Positions 1 to 13,404 of a stretch of 64,000 bases of DNA are shown piece by piece. The DNA is taken from assembly GCA_051362555.1 (NCBI GenBank), contig CM120642.1, positions 4,216,001-4,280,000 of the forward strand, in the 5' to 3' direction. Both the position numbers and the translations under genes were made by a program. The stretch's first letter is position 1. Each line of letters begins with the position of its first letter. The notes below the pieces were generated by a model. That model had not been told where the DNA came from. It worked only from the letters and a program-made list of their open reading frames with translations, and made no database searches. The stretch comes from Lingula anatina. Taxonomy: Eukaryota; Animalia; Brachiopoda.

Positions 1-179
1 GTAACAAGTACACTTACTTCACTCCAAAATCTTATAAAATCTGCCATTTTAAAAAAAATTGCAACAGGGCATAATTTTGTTTAATATGAGTCTCTAAATC
101 TTCTTACTAGATGGTACAAAATGTGTCTTTTATTAAATAATTTGAACTGAAAGAAGAGAGATCAATTGATTTCATTTAC

Positions 180-2795
180 CTTGAATCCATGGGTTTTGTG
201 TTCACCATGTGGAAAACTTTCCCCATGGAAAGCATGATGTCTTGAGTCATCTGCACTATGGTACTGCTCACAAAGTCCACAGGCGTCATCTCCACCTTCC
301 AGTTGACATCTGGTGCCACCTTCAGTTCGATACATGACTTGATCATCAACAGGTTGAAGTCTTGTGCATTCCAATAGCCATATTTGCTGTCTCCAGACAA
401 ATTTCCTACAAAAATGTTCAATATCATTATATTATTTTATTATTAAACTACACATAAGCTTAAATTTCTCAGGAGATAAAATTGGACATGCTCTACTACC
501 CATTTACGAGCAGACATCTTTCTTCGTAATACTTACCCAGCCTATACTTGTTTACTGAGAAGCCTCTTCTCCATTCCTTAAGGACCAACTGTTATAGCTG
601 TCACTGATATATGAGTAGCTTTCATTCTCACTCGTACTTACCCAGCCTATAGATGGCGACAGGCAAGCCTCTGCTCCGTGCCTTCAGGACTAACTGTTCA
701 GCCACCCACTTGCTCTGAGAGTAACCATCAGCCAAGTTATCACAGTGCTTGGTCATGTCATCCTCCTCAGAGCAGTCCTTTAACCCATGGGGAAACACAC
801 CATCAGTGCTGGAACAGTGCATCAACTAGTCATTTTTTATCTGTGATCTATGGTCTGTGTATTGGTCAGGGTTTCTGTTACTTCAGTTTAAGGTACATCT
901 GTATGTGTATTTTGTGAAACAGTTACACATGTACATTACCCATTTTCCAACAAAGAGAGGACCGCTTTTCTATTCAGTAATCAGTCCATAGTGACAATAC
1001 AGTTTCATAGTTGGCAATCCTTACACTGTGGTTAGTAATCTCGTTATAAATTAATCAAATAAATGAATAAATAGATGTGTGTTAGTACCTGATATAATGC
1101 AGTGGTTTTATTTTACTGCTGCATGCAAACAAGATGATGTTCTCAGTCCCCAATACATTAGGACCTTGCAGTGCCTGGAGAGAGGAGAAATTAGCTGGAT
1201 TAGAACTGGTTAGTTATTAGTGAAAATATGTAGGTAAGAAATCCACACTAAGCTTTCTCTGTCGTGAAATAATATATAATTTCCTTCTTTCCTTTTTCTT
1301 TTTTTGAAAAAAAAGATAAATTTATGTTTGTGTCAATTTTTAAACCCCCCCCCCCCCCCCCTCCAAATAAGATATAATGAATGAAAATAGGAAAAACAAT
1401 AATAATAGTAGTAAAAGAATGATATAAATAGTAATGGATAGAGTAAGCCCAGCTGAATATGTATAACTTAGTATAGTACTTGAACATGCAGAACGTAGTA
1501 CTCTGCATATACAATGAATGTGTGCACTCAGTAAATAATGCTGATTATTACAAATTTTTATATTAAAATAATGATGTATCAAACATGCTGCTGTGCTTGA
1601 AATCTTTGAAACAATGTGTTTGATAAACTTCATTCGAAAAAGGAACAGTTAGTGCTTTTGAATTAGTAGCAATAAAAAGATATAGAAAATAAAAGAAAAG
1701 ACAAATCAAGTGCACTCAAATATTGCCATCACTAAATTATACCAAAACCCTTAAAATATATGAAAGGTGTGATAAAATCCATTTATTAGTCTGTAATTAT
1801 AATAAATAAATTGAGACTTCAACTTTAAAATTTTAGATCTAGACCTGTTAAATACATTTCAATGAAGCCAATCAAATAACATGGCATGCGTGCTTTTGTT
1901 CATTAGTTAATTACTGTACAAGTACAGGTCATGAAAAGTCCGCCTTACATTCATTCAATAGATCTTAAAAGCCCTAGAAACATTACCTATTTCTTCTCAT
2001 AAATTGTCTTTATCACTGCACAAGATATGTAACTCGATCAACATACATAACTATCAGTTTTAACAAACAGATAAGTGCTATTGATAGGCATAGACAATAG
2101 CAGGCTCACACTACATGATGAAAATGCAAAACTAGAAAATAGTTAGTTCATTTACCGGTAGTATGAAGGCAAGCAAGGTTCAGTTTTAGACATTATTGTC
2201 TAAATGTAATATATATAAGAGTGTATGTGTGCCTGGTTCTAGGTAGCTTCTCACACGATGGTATTTGTAACATCTAGTATATATCTCAGTTAATGTGTCT
2301 ATTTATTTGCAGGAATGTGTGAATTATGTAGGCTATGACTACTTTTAGGCAGAGGTGTGTAAGAGCCATAAGAGATCGAGGCATGGCATATAATTCAAGG
2401 GCACTCGCATGCATTCTCCAACTGTACTAGGCAACTTAATATTCTGACTGCCTTCTATACAGTACAGACAGGAGCCCAATACACCTTACCTTATGTAGTG
2501 CAAAGGTTTAATTTTGCATTTACAAGCAAACATGATAATGTTCTGTGTTCCTAAAGTATTGGGTCCATGGAGTGCCTGGGTCATACAGGAAATAAATACC
2601 AATCATAGCACACTGTCATTTTATGAGTTATACAACAAAATCCCATCATAAAATGCCAATTAAAAGCCTTTTTCACATTTCAAAACTAATAACATCAATG
2701 ATTAAAGCCTTGCAATGCAAATGAAATGTACAAAGAAGCAACAAAAACACCAATCTGTATTCACCATAGTGATAATAAATCAATCTCCTTTCTTT

Positions 2796-2845
<50 letters not shown>

Positions 2846-2846
2846 A

Positions 2847-2891
<45 letters not shown>

Positions 2892-5800
2892 TCACCTACC
2901 TGATATGGGTAGATAAGGTTGACATAAGCAGCAGCATGGATCACAGTGTCAATCTCAGTTGTGAAATGGTGGTAGTCTTCATCAGACATCCCCAGGTTTA
3001 CCAGAGTAATGTCACCTTATCAAAAATATAAGTTAATACATGTAGTAGAAGGGTAAGAGTGAACAGTGGTACATATAGCTTTCTTTCTGTTTAGTTTCAA
3101 TTAACATATCTGCATGTCAAGCTAATTAATAATGATCAGCTGAGGGTGTGTGTAGTGAGGGTGGGAATGGGGGGTCCCATGGCACACCCTTGATGAATCT
3201 CCCTGTGTATATTATATACATAAAAATAATTACATAATTCTAACCTTCAATTGTGGTGACCCTGTAATCCACCTCCTTGGCACAAATCTCCTGTTCCTCG
3301 GTCAAATCTTTCCTCGGAGACGGCAAGATGCCATACTGCTGCAGTGTCTCCTTCAATCTCTGAAGACCTGATTTCTCTGGGAGGGCTCGCACCACACAGT
3401 AGACATGAGTCTGAGGAAAGAGTGTACTTGATAGAAAAGGGTAGGATTTATTAATGTTCACAACACAGATTACAATGTAAGCCCCCCTCCCAGTTCATAG
3501 CATTTGAAATAACTATGCACCAACAAAATGTATATTCCGCAGTGTAGAGCAGAGCAGTGATATGAAATACTATGATATGAAAATCTACTCACCCCTGTGT
3601 TAAGTAATAAATCTCTCAGTATGAAAGCACCCAGGAAGCCCGTGGCACCTGTCAGAAGCACCCTGCCTCTATACCACTTGTTTTTATTACTGTACTGCAC
3701 TGACCTCCAGAAAGAGCGCAGTTCTATGTCCATGCTACATGAGAAAAAATACTTTCAATCAAATGCAATGTCTGTCTGAAGGTGCTAGTAATTCACTGGC
3801 TTTTAAAATGATATTAGCCAATAAATCTAATAAAATAATAATAATATTAATAAACAGTATCAATGAAATCAGATTTGGTGTGTTTACTGAGATCATACAA
3901 CATGTAGATAAAGGTATATGTGGCTGTTCTTCCTACCACATTTAATTGTGAGCAGACATTAACACAATCATCTCAGCAACCAGGGGCTCAACTATCACAT
4001 TCATATGCTTCTATATATACATCTTAAAATCTGCAATTATCAGGCTGACACTCTTTTTACAATCACCCAAACCAAAACCATCAATGTAAACAATACACCT
4101 TCCAAGGCTGTGGACCCCCAAAAAACCAAACAGGAATTCTAAACAGGCCTGAAGTAAATGATAACAATTGACATATGTAGTAAATGATAACCAAGTACTT
4201 GAGGCACCATGTATTATAGTTTCACCAACCTGACAGCTCCTTGGTTGTGCATCTCAACCTCTTTCCTCAGGTCTAACTCTGGCGACAGCCTGGCCAGTGT
4301 AGTGTCACCCGTCCCCGACTGCCTCTCTATCAGCTTGGCCATCATGGAGACCGTGGAATGGATGAACAAGTCACGGACAGTCAGCTCCGTCTTGAATTGC
4401 TCCTTCACTCTGTTCAGCAGCTTTGTGGCAAGAAGGGAATGGCTGAAAGTGGTTTGTCAAAACAGTATCATTTTAGAATATTCAGACTTAAACTAATTCT
4501 CGTTGACTGTCCTTGCGCTGTTATTTCTGATAAATAATGTTCTTTTGAAATTTCAGTCGACACTTCAGAGCACCACTTCCTAACACAGTGTCCACTTAAA
4601 AAAGAAGTGAATTACAAGTGAATTTCAATTAACCACAATGAACACCTTGAACACCTGACAGAAATAAATAAACATCCTGACTTTTGAAATTTCCTAAAAA
4701 AATCTATGAAGTTATAATATAAGTGGCTTTCGTAAGCAACTACGGTATGTAAGCTGTAAAGGAGTAAGCGTTTTTACGTAAAAAGGAGTTTGAGAATGAC
4801 ATCAAATGGGTTATAATTCAACCTACATTAAGCATTTTACCACAATAGGCATATTACAACAGATAACAGATAACAACAATCCCCTATTTGGTAGGAGGCC
4901 TCATTTTATTTTCTTCTCCATCCCCCTTTTAATTTCCTTCCTTTCTTGACCCCAGCCCCACCCCCGCTGTCCATATTTTTGTCAAAATATATGGAAGGCA
5001 AATAGAAATATATATATTTCTCACCCTCCCAGATCAAAGAAACTCTCCTGTACATCAATAGATTTGTGCTGCAGGACCTCAGCCCAGACCAGGGCCAGCT
5101 GCTTCTCCAATTCTGTGGTGGGTGCCCCCTCCTGGTCTGTCTCTTCATCCTCCTTCACAGGAGGGAGGGCCTTCTTGTCAAACTTGCCAGACGAAGCTAA
5201 GATGGGGATCCTTATAGAAATAGACTTTGTGTGTGTACAAGAATTCAGACTTAGTTGTGAATTTTTGAGAAGTACTGACCTGATACATCATACTGATCTT
5301 GTTATTTTAATATTATCGGTAACCTAACATCCAGTGAAATATATTTGTTCTATAAATTGAACAATTTAATACTACAAATTTTAAATTATAAATTCAAAAA
5401 CAGACCTTCCATATAAATAAATAAATAAATAACATTAAATAAAATTGAATTAAATTTAAAAAGTAACCAATAACAACACATACTCCTTCAGCAGTACAAA
5501 ATAGGATGGAATCATATAAAATGGCAGTCTTCTCTTAAGTGCAGCTCTGATTTCTTTCTTGGTGGTCTGTCCCTCAGGTACAATGTAGGCCACCAGGTAC
5601 TTGTCCTCCCCCTCTTCTCCCTTCACTATCACCACTGCAGCATTCACAGTGGGCAGGTCCAAAATGGCTGCCTCCACGGCCTAAAAATAAATAAATAAAT
5701 GAATTTAACTTTAATTTGCTTCAGACTTTTTCACTGGAACTTCCTTCTGAAGGAGGAACTTTTTCCATTTTCCAATTCTGTAATTTTTTAATTTAAAAAT

Positions 5801-8800
5801 CTATTTCAGTAGGATTAATTTGGTATTAGGTCCATATGTAAAATTACAAAAACAGCTGCATGTCCAACCAAAAGATATAATTCATTCATGATCTAAATCC
5901 TAACCTGTATTTCAATAGAATACCCTCGTATCTTCACCATGGAGTCACAGCGACCACAGATCTCAAAACTGCCATCCGAGAGCATGTAACCCCAGTCTCC
6001 AGTCTTGTATAGCCTGGCGCCCACCTCACTGGACACCGCACCTGGACTCTGGACGAAACGCTCCGAGTTCAGCTCTGGTCTGTTCAGGTAACCAAGAGCC
6101 AAGGTGGGCCCTCCAACATAGATCTGTTTGATGTCAAAATATTAAATGTCATGGATAAATGAATGAACAAATAAATGAGTAAGTATATTAATTGGCCATC
6201 TACTAATTCTGAAGATGATTAAATTTTGTTCTGTTTAACAAGGCCATTTGTTGGCTTTTTCACCCATTACGTCAAATCAAGTAATAATAATAAGCATTAA
6301 AATGAAGCATAAAGAGGATTTGGGGCTGTGATCAACACTACAACAGAAACATGATGATTCATGCACACACATGTATGAGTGCATTCACACACACACACAC
6401 ACGTGCGTGCGCAACCACGTACCTCCCCAGGCACCCCCACTGGCTGGGGCTTCATCTGGTCATCTAAAATGACCACTTTAACCCCTGGGAGTAACTTTCC
6501 CACTGGACAGAATTTGCGACCTTCAAGCTGGTGGAAGAAAAATGTTATGCCTAAGTATGCTGAGGAGCATCGGCTAGAATGATGAAACTGCTGAAAATAC
6601 TCATGAGTTTCTACCAACACAGTGACTTATTCAAATATTTCAAATTTTTAATTTATGTTACTCAAAAAATCAAAATCTTTGATGTGAAATCAAATCAACT
6701 TTAAAACCTATTAAATTGCCCTTTTCATATACAGTATTATTAATACAAGATATATTTGAATGAAAGGAATAAATTCAAACAAATCTTTACTCATATATTT
6801 CATTTTTGTGTTGCTCACAAAATAACATTACAATTATTATTAAAAATCTACACAACTTTTCAAAGCTTTTAGATAATCTTTTCCAGATAGAGTACATATA
6901 TGATATTCATTCAAGAAATAAACACAATCCACAGTAAATTGTTGGAATTAAGTCAATAATTACCACTGTAACAATTATCACAGGAAAACTGTCTGCTTAT
7001 TTAAATAATTAATAAGAAATTAAGTTTGGTATTAGTGTTTCTTTATGCACTGTACCATATCAATAAATAAAACAAATAAATCAATATCAAATAGAATATA
7101 TCAAAATTAAATTCATGATCTTTATTTTTATTTCCTTACTTATTTGGCTAGGACTGACATTTAACAATTCTCTCTCAGAAACCTCTTTTTTTCAGGATAA
7201 ATCTATATATACTTTTTCGTGACAAAATTTACTACTTATCTCTGACTGACATTTAGCTCTTCCTTCCAATTTCCTCTCAGAATTAACTAAACTTAATGAC
7301 AAGACCAAAAGTAAGCCTGACATTTTGAACATGCAACACTCACCTTCATATCCTGGTAGAAATGTGACAAGTCGGCCACAGCGACATCGTGGCACTCAGA
7401 GACACTGTACAAGTTGAAGAACCTAATCCACGGCATGGTTTTCATGCACCTGTCCAACAGCCCAATGGTGACCACCTCACCACAGAACCAGATGTGTCTG
7501 AAAATATCATAATTGTTAACTTTTAATTATCGAGTAAAATGATCCAGGCATTTTTTAAAAACTATAGTTGGCACCTATCTCAGTTCTGTGAATCAATCCA
7601 GTAAGTTTGAGAATAATTTGCAGCAAGTATAAATTCCAAGAAAGTGCAAAGTGCAGGTTACGAGAGGTGCTGGTGACATGTCCATTAAAATATGGTATCT
7701 AATAGAAGAGAACTTATACAAGCACTCGTCTTTTTTCATATTTAGTAACGTTTAAAAAAAAAAAGAAAAAAGTTATTACAAAGAGTACTTTTCTCAGTAG
7801 GAAATTAAATAAAAGAAAAGATGATAGTTATTACAAAAAGTACTTTTTTCAGTAGGAAATTAAAAACAAAGAATATAGTTATTACAAAAAGTACTTTTCT
7901 CAGTAGGAAATTAAAAATGGTAGTTGATTCCGGCATCACTAGTTCATCACATTTTATAATTTCCAAGAAATTACATAAGTGCATGTATATGTATGTCTCT
8001 TTTTGACTTGACAAGAGTCTCAGCTGCAATGAATGACTCAATCTGGTTCGAGTACGGAAATAATCAAGTGAAACCTCAGTGAAATGCAAAACATAGTATA
8101 ATGATCTCATTCAAAGTAAAAAATTGCACAAGATTCGTGTCACATGAAGCACTACTTATACAACAACTAATCTTCTCATACAACCTCCTTGCTGACTCTG
8201 TGTTAACATAACGAGTCAGCTACAGCACTAATTTCCCTCTCACCTCATACTCTTAAAAGCTGCCTGGAGGTCTGCGGTGTCGACATCAAGCACTGCTTCA
8301 AACAAAGATGGCGTAAACAGCATCCTGGTGATCTTCTGTCGCTGAAGAAATCCACACAGCTGTACTGGATCATAGATAATGGTGTCTGGTATGATGTACA
8401 ATGGAATACCTGGGAAGTGGATTAAATGAACCGTCTTAACACAGAATTTTCAAATAAATCACTCTTTCTAAATTTTTATTTTTTTTACAGATATTTCACC
8501 TAAAATTACCAACAAAAAAAGGACGTTTTATTAAAGAAAACCAACTTTTCAAAACAATTGAGACCTTATAAATATTTTCTGTCAAGAATCACAGTTTTGA
8601 CATTTGAAGCAGGAGGTGACACCTTTCAATAACTTCGTTGAACAGGTAGCCTTAAAAGGGTTTACTAAGACACAAACCTTTCAGTAATGGTCTCAGCATT
8701 TCCCACACAAAGAATACATTGCAGGCCTCCCTGTCATCCTCCTCGTAAGGTGCAAAATTGTGCCTCCAGTGGTAGGAGAACACCGCGCCGCGATGAGGGC

Positions 8801-10946
8801 ATTGGATGCCTACAAAGATAAGACGTATCGATGGATCTTCCACATCTCATTACATTCTGCTTCCTCTACAGCTAAGATTCTAACAGAAATCCGAAGTTGA
8901 AATATGTTCACATTTTAATTTTATATATAAAGCACATCAGAGGTTCTTCTCAAATATAAATTTTAAGTTCCCCTAATGTTTTAAACCAAGTGTGACATTG
9001 GAATGTATCTGTTGGGTTTTATACTTCATAAAAACTGCCAATAAGGCCCAGGTTATTCCACAGCATTTCTAGTCTCTGCCATATACTTTTTCTTTTATAA
9101 AACTTTTCTGTCTATTCGATTCTCAGAAAAAAATGTTGAAAATCATTTGCATTTTAAAACAGCACACAACAGAACCAGATTCAGGCATTATTTTTTTAAA
9201 ACTTGTTCCAAATAGACCACACAAACCCAGAGGTACTCACCCTTGGGTTTCCCTGTGGTCCCTGAAGAGTAAACCGTATATGCCAAACAGTCAAGAGTGA
9301 CCACTGGGGGGCCCGGGAAGGGGGCATGCTTGGAGTTCTCCTCCTTGAGCCTCTCGGCCCAGCCTTCATCCAGGGTTAACACGCACTCTGCAGCTGGAAC
9401 CACATTATGTAACCATAGTAAAGGAAAGATTTCAAACATATTCATTACATATAACTAATTTAAATAAGTACAATCTGGCAAATTTTATTGTTTTATTGTA
9501 AAAAAAATGTACTCCAGTCAGAAAATACATATTTTTTACAAACAATAGGGACAGCTCTGGGTCTTTCCTTTTTTACATTTACATTTTGGAAAAAGCAGAA
9601 ATACAATCCCAGAAATACAAGTAAGAATTTAGAAGATGCAGTTTTTTCTGTTTGAAAAAAATTTTTGGGTCCAACTCAACAAACATTAGTTCTAAACCAG
9701 TCCTGTAAGTGATTTAGTTTCTCTTTTACTGTGCAAATGCGAAACCAACTCTATTTTCCCATTTGCATATATGATGTTAAATTAAAGTAAGGCAAATAAT
9801 CTCAAAAACCTACACAAATTGATTGTATCAATACCTGGGTAATATCCTTCCATGATTCCTTAGTGATGCACAAGTGTAAATGCAAAATTACATGAATACA
9901 AGACGGAGCATATTCAAAAAATGCAGCAACATATTACATTGTAAACATGTACATGCAGACATACATGCCACAAGCATATAAGTATTCTTTTTTTTTTTTT
10001 TGCATATAACAAAACAACTGGTAAAATATTTACTGTAACAGCTACAATACTCCCCTTGATAAGAATAATGTTCTAGAGTATGGCTTCTTGTGAGCCTAGT
10101 AACTTCGATTACGTTACAAGAATCCTTATGAAATCTACACTAGCTGACAGTCTTCATATGATTGGATTCAGCCTAACAACACACTTCTTTACAATATAAT
10201 GTTTTGCTCTACTGTGCTCATGTTAAAAGTAAGCCTACTCTTAGGGTTCATTCACATTGAAACCAAGGGTTCACATGGATCGCTCCAACTCTTCGAAGAA
10301 GCTCTCACTGAATGTAATCAGTTTAACATGCATCCTCCTGGCATTAAGAAGAATAAAGAAAAGCGGGTGATTACACGCATATTGGCAACACGAGGTGCGT
10401 TAATCTGTTAAAATGATTGCATTCAGTGAAAATCCCCACAGAGTTGGATCAATATACACAGAATGATAGTTGCAATAGGAACGAGCCCTAATTTTGAATA
10501 AAATTGTGAAATTCATTGCAGCTAAGAGAGTATATTCAGGAAACTAGAACAAGCAGAAAGATGAAATCACACCATTATAAAAATAATTTTCAACTATAAT
10601 ATATTACTTGCAACTCTGTCCATTAATCCTTCGAATGTTACTACGGCAACAGGGGTTGCGTCTGCAATGATGTCTTCCAACAATGGCCGTGGGTAAGCAA
10701 GATCTAGAGGCAAGTATGCCCCACCTGGAATATTAAGTGAGATCGAAAAGTTGTCAAACAGGAAAGTTGTCAGACAGTCTAGAAATGATGAACAAACAAT
10801 TCAATTTTGATACAATATCACAGGGTGTTTTTGAGTAAAAAGTGCAATGCTAATGGACAGTTGCAGGCCACTGCTTCAATAAATCAGATTGGACTCAAAA
10901 TCAAACTCAATCATATTCAAGATAAACAAACAAACAAACAAACAAA

Positions 10947-10981
<35 letters not shown>

Positions 10982-13404
10982 AGCAGACCATTTTCTAACT
11001 GTATGTGCATTTGAATCCAAAATTCAGAGGGCAATATGATTTCATGTTATTGTCGTGACAGGAAATGTACTTTGTCTCTTGACTCGGTGTCAACTAATGG
11101 TAAAACAGCAAATCCTACAACTACTCCTGAAAATCAATACGTCAGCATTTCTTCAAGTCCATCACGCAGCATGATTGTTGTATATATAATGAGTGTAGAA
11201 GTTCTACTAGACAACAGAATCTTGAACACGGCATGATCCAGTATCTTGGCAAAAGTTCCTGACCGAATTTATAAAGTAGCACAAGGTAAAGTCTTAACAT
11301 TGACTAGTGACATATTAAATTGAATTTATGTATTGACGGCATTTAACACGGGCGAACGGAAGCCGTGTTCTGTGTCTTCTGGAAAACCATAAGAATTTTT
11401 CAAGTTTGTGTTAATGGGTAATTACCTAATTTTTTCTGTAGGAAGACGGTCAAAAATGGAGGAAGTGGTTCAACAAAGATAATTTGGAAGACCGTCACAA
11501 AATATCTCTGGATCTGCCCCTGATTAAAAGACCAGGATATCATTAAATAAATTCAGTGGGAATTAGTTATGTCTTTGTACAATACAAGTATTATCAATGG
11601 ATCAGAAGTGATAAATGGAACAATTAATTTTAAGGTAAAGCTAAACTTGATTGGCCACATTGCCATCAATGTCTTTGCAGTGGGAGGAATAATTTTGAAC
11701 ACATTGGCAATGGTTATTTTCTCCAAATACAGGAAAAAGAACAAAACTATGTTTCTGCTACTCATCATGGCAGTTAATGACAGCATATTTTTAATTCTAC
11801 GAATCCTGTTATCTGGTTATATAATATGCAAATCGACCTTTTTATCTGAGGAGATCAAATTGAATCAGCCAAGACTTTTCCTTTATGCTGGAACTTTGTT
11901 TAACTTCTTACAAACATTACAAGTTTATATGGCAGTTTTGGTGGCAAGAACTCGTTTCCAGAGCATCAAAAATCCTTACAACGCACATTTCTCACATTCA
12001 TTATCAACAAAAAAGGGATTCCTTCCAATTCTCGTTCTATTAGTGGTTCTCCTTCTGTTCAACAGTGCAAAATTGTTTGATGTGGCAAATATAAATGTTG
12101 GTCACTGTGACAACACCTTGGCAGAAATGTGTACAAAGTTGCACTTAAAACAAGGCCCTTTCTGGCAGAAGTACTCAGTTGTGTTTAGACTTATTCTCAA
12201 CATTCCAGTTTCTTGTGTTTTACCAATGGTTCTTTTCATATACTATACTGCCAGAACAATGAAAGAGCTATCGATGTATAGGAACAGAATTGCAACAGTA
12301 GAGAACTGTCCCAGGATTTCACAACGTAACAGGAAGTTACACTGGGAAATGTTAAAAATGTTGATAGTTATTACAGCGTTCATGCTTGCAACTGATATTC
12401 TGTTCATAGGATTGCAGGTGGGCACAGTTTTTCCAAATTTATTTGAAAACAGTTCAAATTATATAATGTTACCCATGGGTCTTATCTCTACCATAAGCGC
12501 ATCAATAAACTTTTTTGTTTACGGCATATTTGGATCTCAATTTAGAGAAGAACTCAAGAAGATGTACTGTAAGAAATAAGTGTATTTATAGATGTTGTAA
12601 ATTCAAAGACTGGGTATTATAATAAACTTGATTCACAAGCTGAAATGATCAAATGACAACTTTTTTTCTTAAATCATGAAAAAGCTCTTTTTCTTAAATC
12701 ATGAAATTTTGCACACATAAACATGTAGAGAGAAAAACAAATAAAGAGATGAAGACACAGGCCCTTGTATAGTCTAACAGAAAATGATGTAATGGACACT
12801 TTGTATCCACGGACATGACAGGACCAAGACAATACAGGTAAGTACCACCAATGCTTATACTGCTGGTAGTACAACATGCTGATGTTGCTCACAAACCAAT
12901 TTTTACCTGCTCTTAATATTGCTATATAAGCAATGGTATACTCCAGACATCTCTCAAGGTATATCCCCACACTGGTGTTGGGTTTCACCCCCTTGATCCT
13001 TAGAGCTGTGGCGAGAATATCCGTCAGTTCGTCTAGCTCTGCAAATGTAACTTGCTTGCCACTGTCTGTCACAACTGCTATCTGGCAGGATTAAAGAGCA
13101 TTAAGTTAAAAACTGCATACTTGCATAGGTAACTTTTTGAAGTGCAAGAGTCCAATAAAGTAATTATATGTAAAATAATATGTTTAATTAATAAAATCAA
13201 TAAAATCCACATGGTAGCATAGATACATATATTGACTCAAAACTTTGTAAATTTACAACTGTGGCAATTTAAATCATTTTTGTTCTTCAACACCACACAC
13301 CACGTTTCGATATGAAAATCTATTAGTGTACTCACTTTATCAGGTGTTGCCTTTGCTTGCCGCACAAACATTTCATGCAGCAGACCTTGGTTCTCATACT
13401 CCAT
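180..13404 (-). CDS. NRPS-like adenylation-thiolation-thioester reductase (A-T-R) enzyme, glycine betaine reductase ATRR-like; multi-exon, 3' part continues beyond window start
   Basis: ATG at 13404 with in-frame stops upstream. Approximate exons: 13336-13404, 12907-13081, 10608-10724, 9241-9393, 8678-8809, 8244-8409, 7344-7497, 6423-6528, 5905-6123, 5484-5681, 5025-5210, 4229-4442, 3593-3735, 3245-3411, 2900-3015, (2490-2575 or 1089-1174), 642-808, 180-405. A-domain motifs AGGAYLPLD, YTVYSSGTTGKPKG, GEIYVGG..LALGYLNRPE, YKTGD, GRCDSMVKIRGY, SGKFDKKAL. T domain FFDLGG|HSLL (phosphopantetheine Ser). R domain LLTGATGFLG and GYSQSKWVAE (YxxxK). Confidence 0.93.
1089..1174 (-). CDS. Reductase-domain exon copy B (ALQGPNVLGTENIILFACSSKIKPLHYI), candidate mutually exclusive exon
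   Basis: 86 nt, flanked by CTCCAG and GTACTA, same length and phases as copy A. Confidence 0.85.
2490..2575 (-). CDS. Reductase-domain exon copy A (ALHGPNTLGTQNIIMFACKCKIKPLHYI), candidate mutually exclusive exon
   Basis: 86 nt, flanked by AG and GTAAGG, phase 0 in / phase 2 out; homologous to 1089-1174. Confidence 0.85.
2800..2890. repeat. Compound (CT)n(CA)n microsatellite
   Basis: Visible dinucleotide runs next to a splice donor of the NRPS-like gene. Confidence 0.95.
10244..10488. mobile_element. Tourist/PIF-Harbinger-like MITE, family 1
   Basis: Imperfect TIRs GGGTTCATTCAC...GAACGAGCCC flanked by TTA/TAA. Internal CTGAATGTAATCAG / TGATTGCATTCAG arms. Interior matches the reverse complement of 30514-30751. 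Confidence 0.7.
11569..12579 (+). CDS. Intronless class A (rhodopsin-like) 7TM GPCR, invertebrate FMRFamide-receptor-like/orphan type, nested antisense in NRPS-like intron 2
   Basis: 336-aa ORF with N-terminal N-glycosylation sites (NTS, NGS, NGT), TM1 GIILN, TM2 MAVND, TM3 end ARTRF (DRY variant), TM7 SINFFVYGIFGSQFR plus helix 8; AATAAA near 12621. Confidence 0.88.
   Translation: MSLYNTSIINGSEVINGTINFKVKLNLIGHIAINVFAVGGIILNTLAMVIFSKYRKKNKTMFLLLIMAVNDSIFLILRILLSGYIICKSTFLSEEIKLNQPRLFLYAGTLFNFLQTLQVYMAVLVARTRFQSIKNPYNAHFSHSLSTKKGFLPILVLLVVLLLFNSAKLFDVANINVGHCDNTLAEMCTKLHLKQGPFWQKYSVVFRLILNIPVSCVLPMVLFIYYTARTMKELSMYRNRIATVENCPRISQRNRKLHWEMLKMLIVITAFMLATDILFIGLQVGTVFPNLFENSSNYIMLPMGLISTISASINFFVYGIFGSQFREELKKMYCKK

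Noticed and set aside
2673-3031. ORFs with CVCVCV / ERERER / SLSLSL / HTHTHT runs
   Set aside because: Translations of the CT/CA microsatellite
7230-7290. LEGRAKC resembling the start of the next NRPS exon (LEGRKFC); possible further duplicated exon
   Set aside because: Similarity limited to about 5 residues, with no matching continuation or phase-compatible splice sites
180-13404. Bacterial or fungal contamination or recent HGT as source of the NRPS-like gene
   Set aside because: Many canonical introns, host-like composition, host MITE insertion and linkage to animal genes; an ancient transfer cannot be excluded
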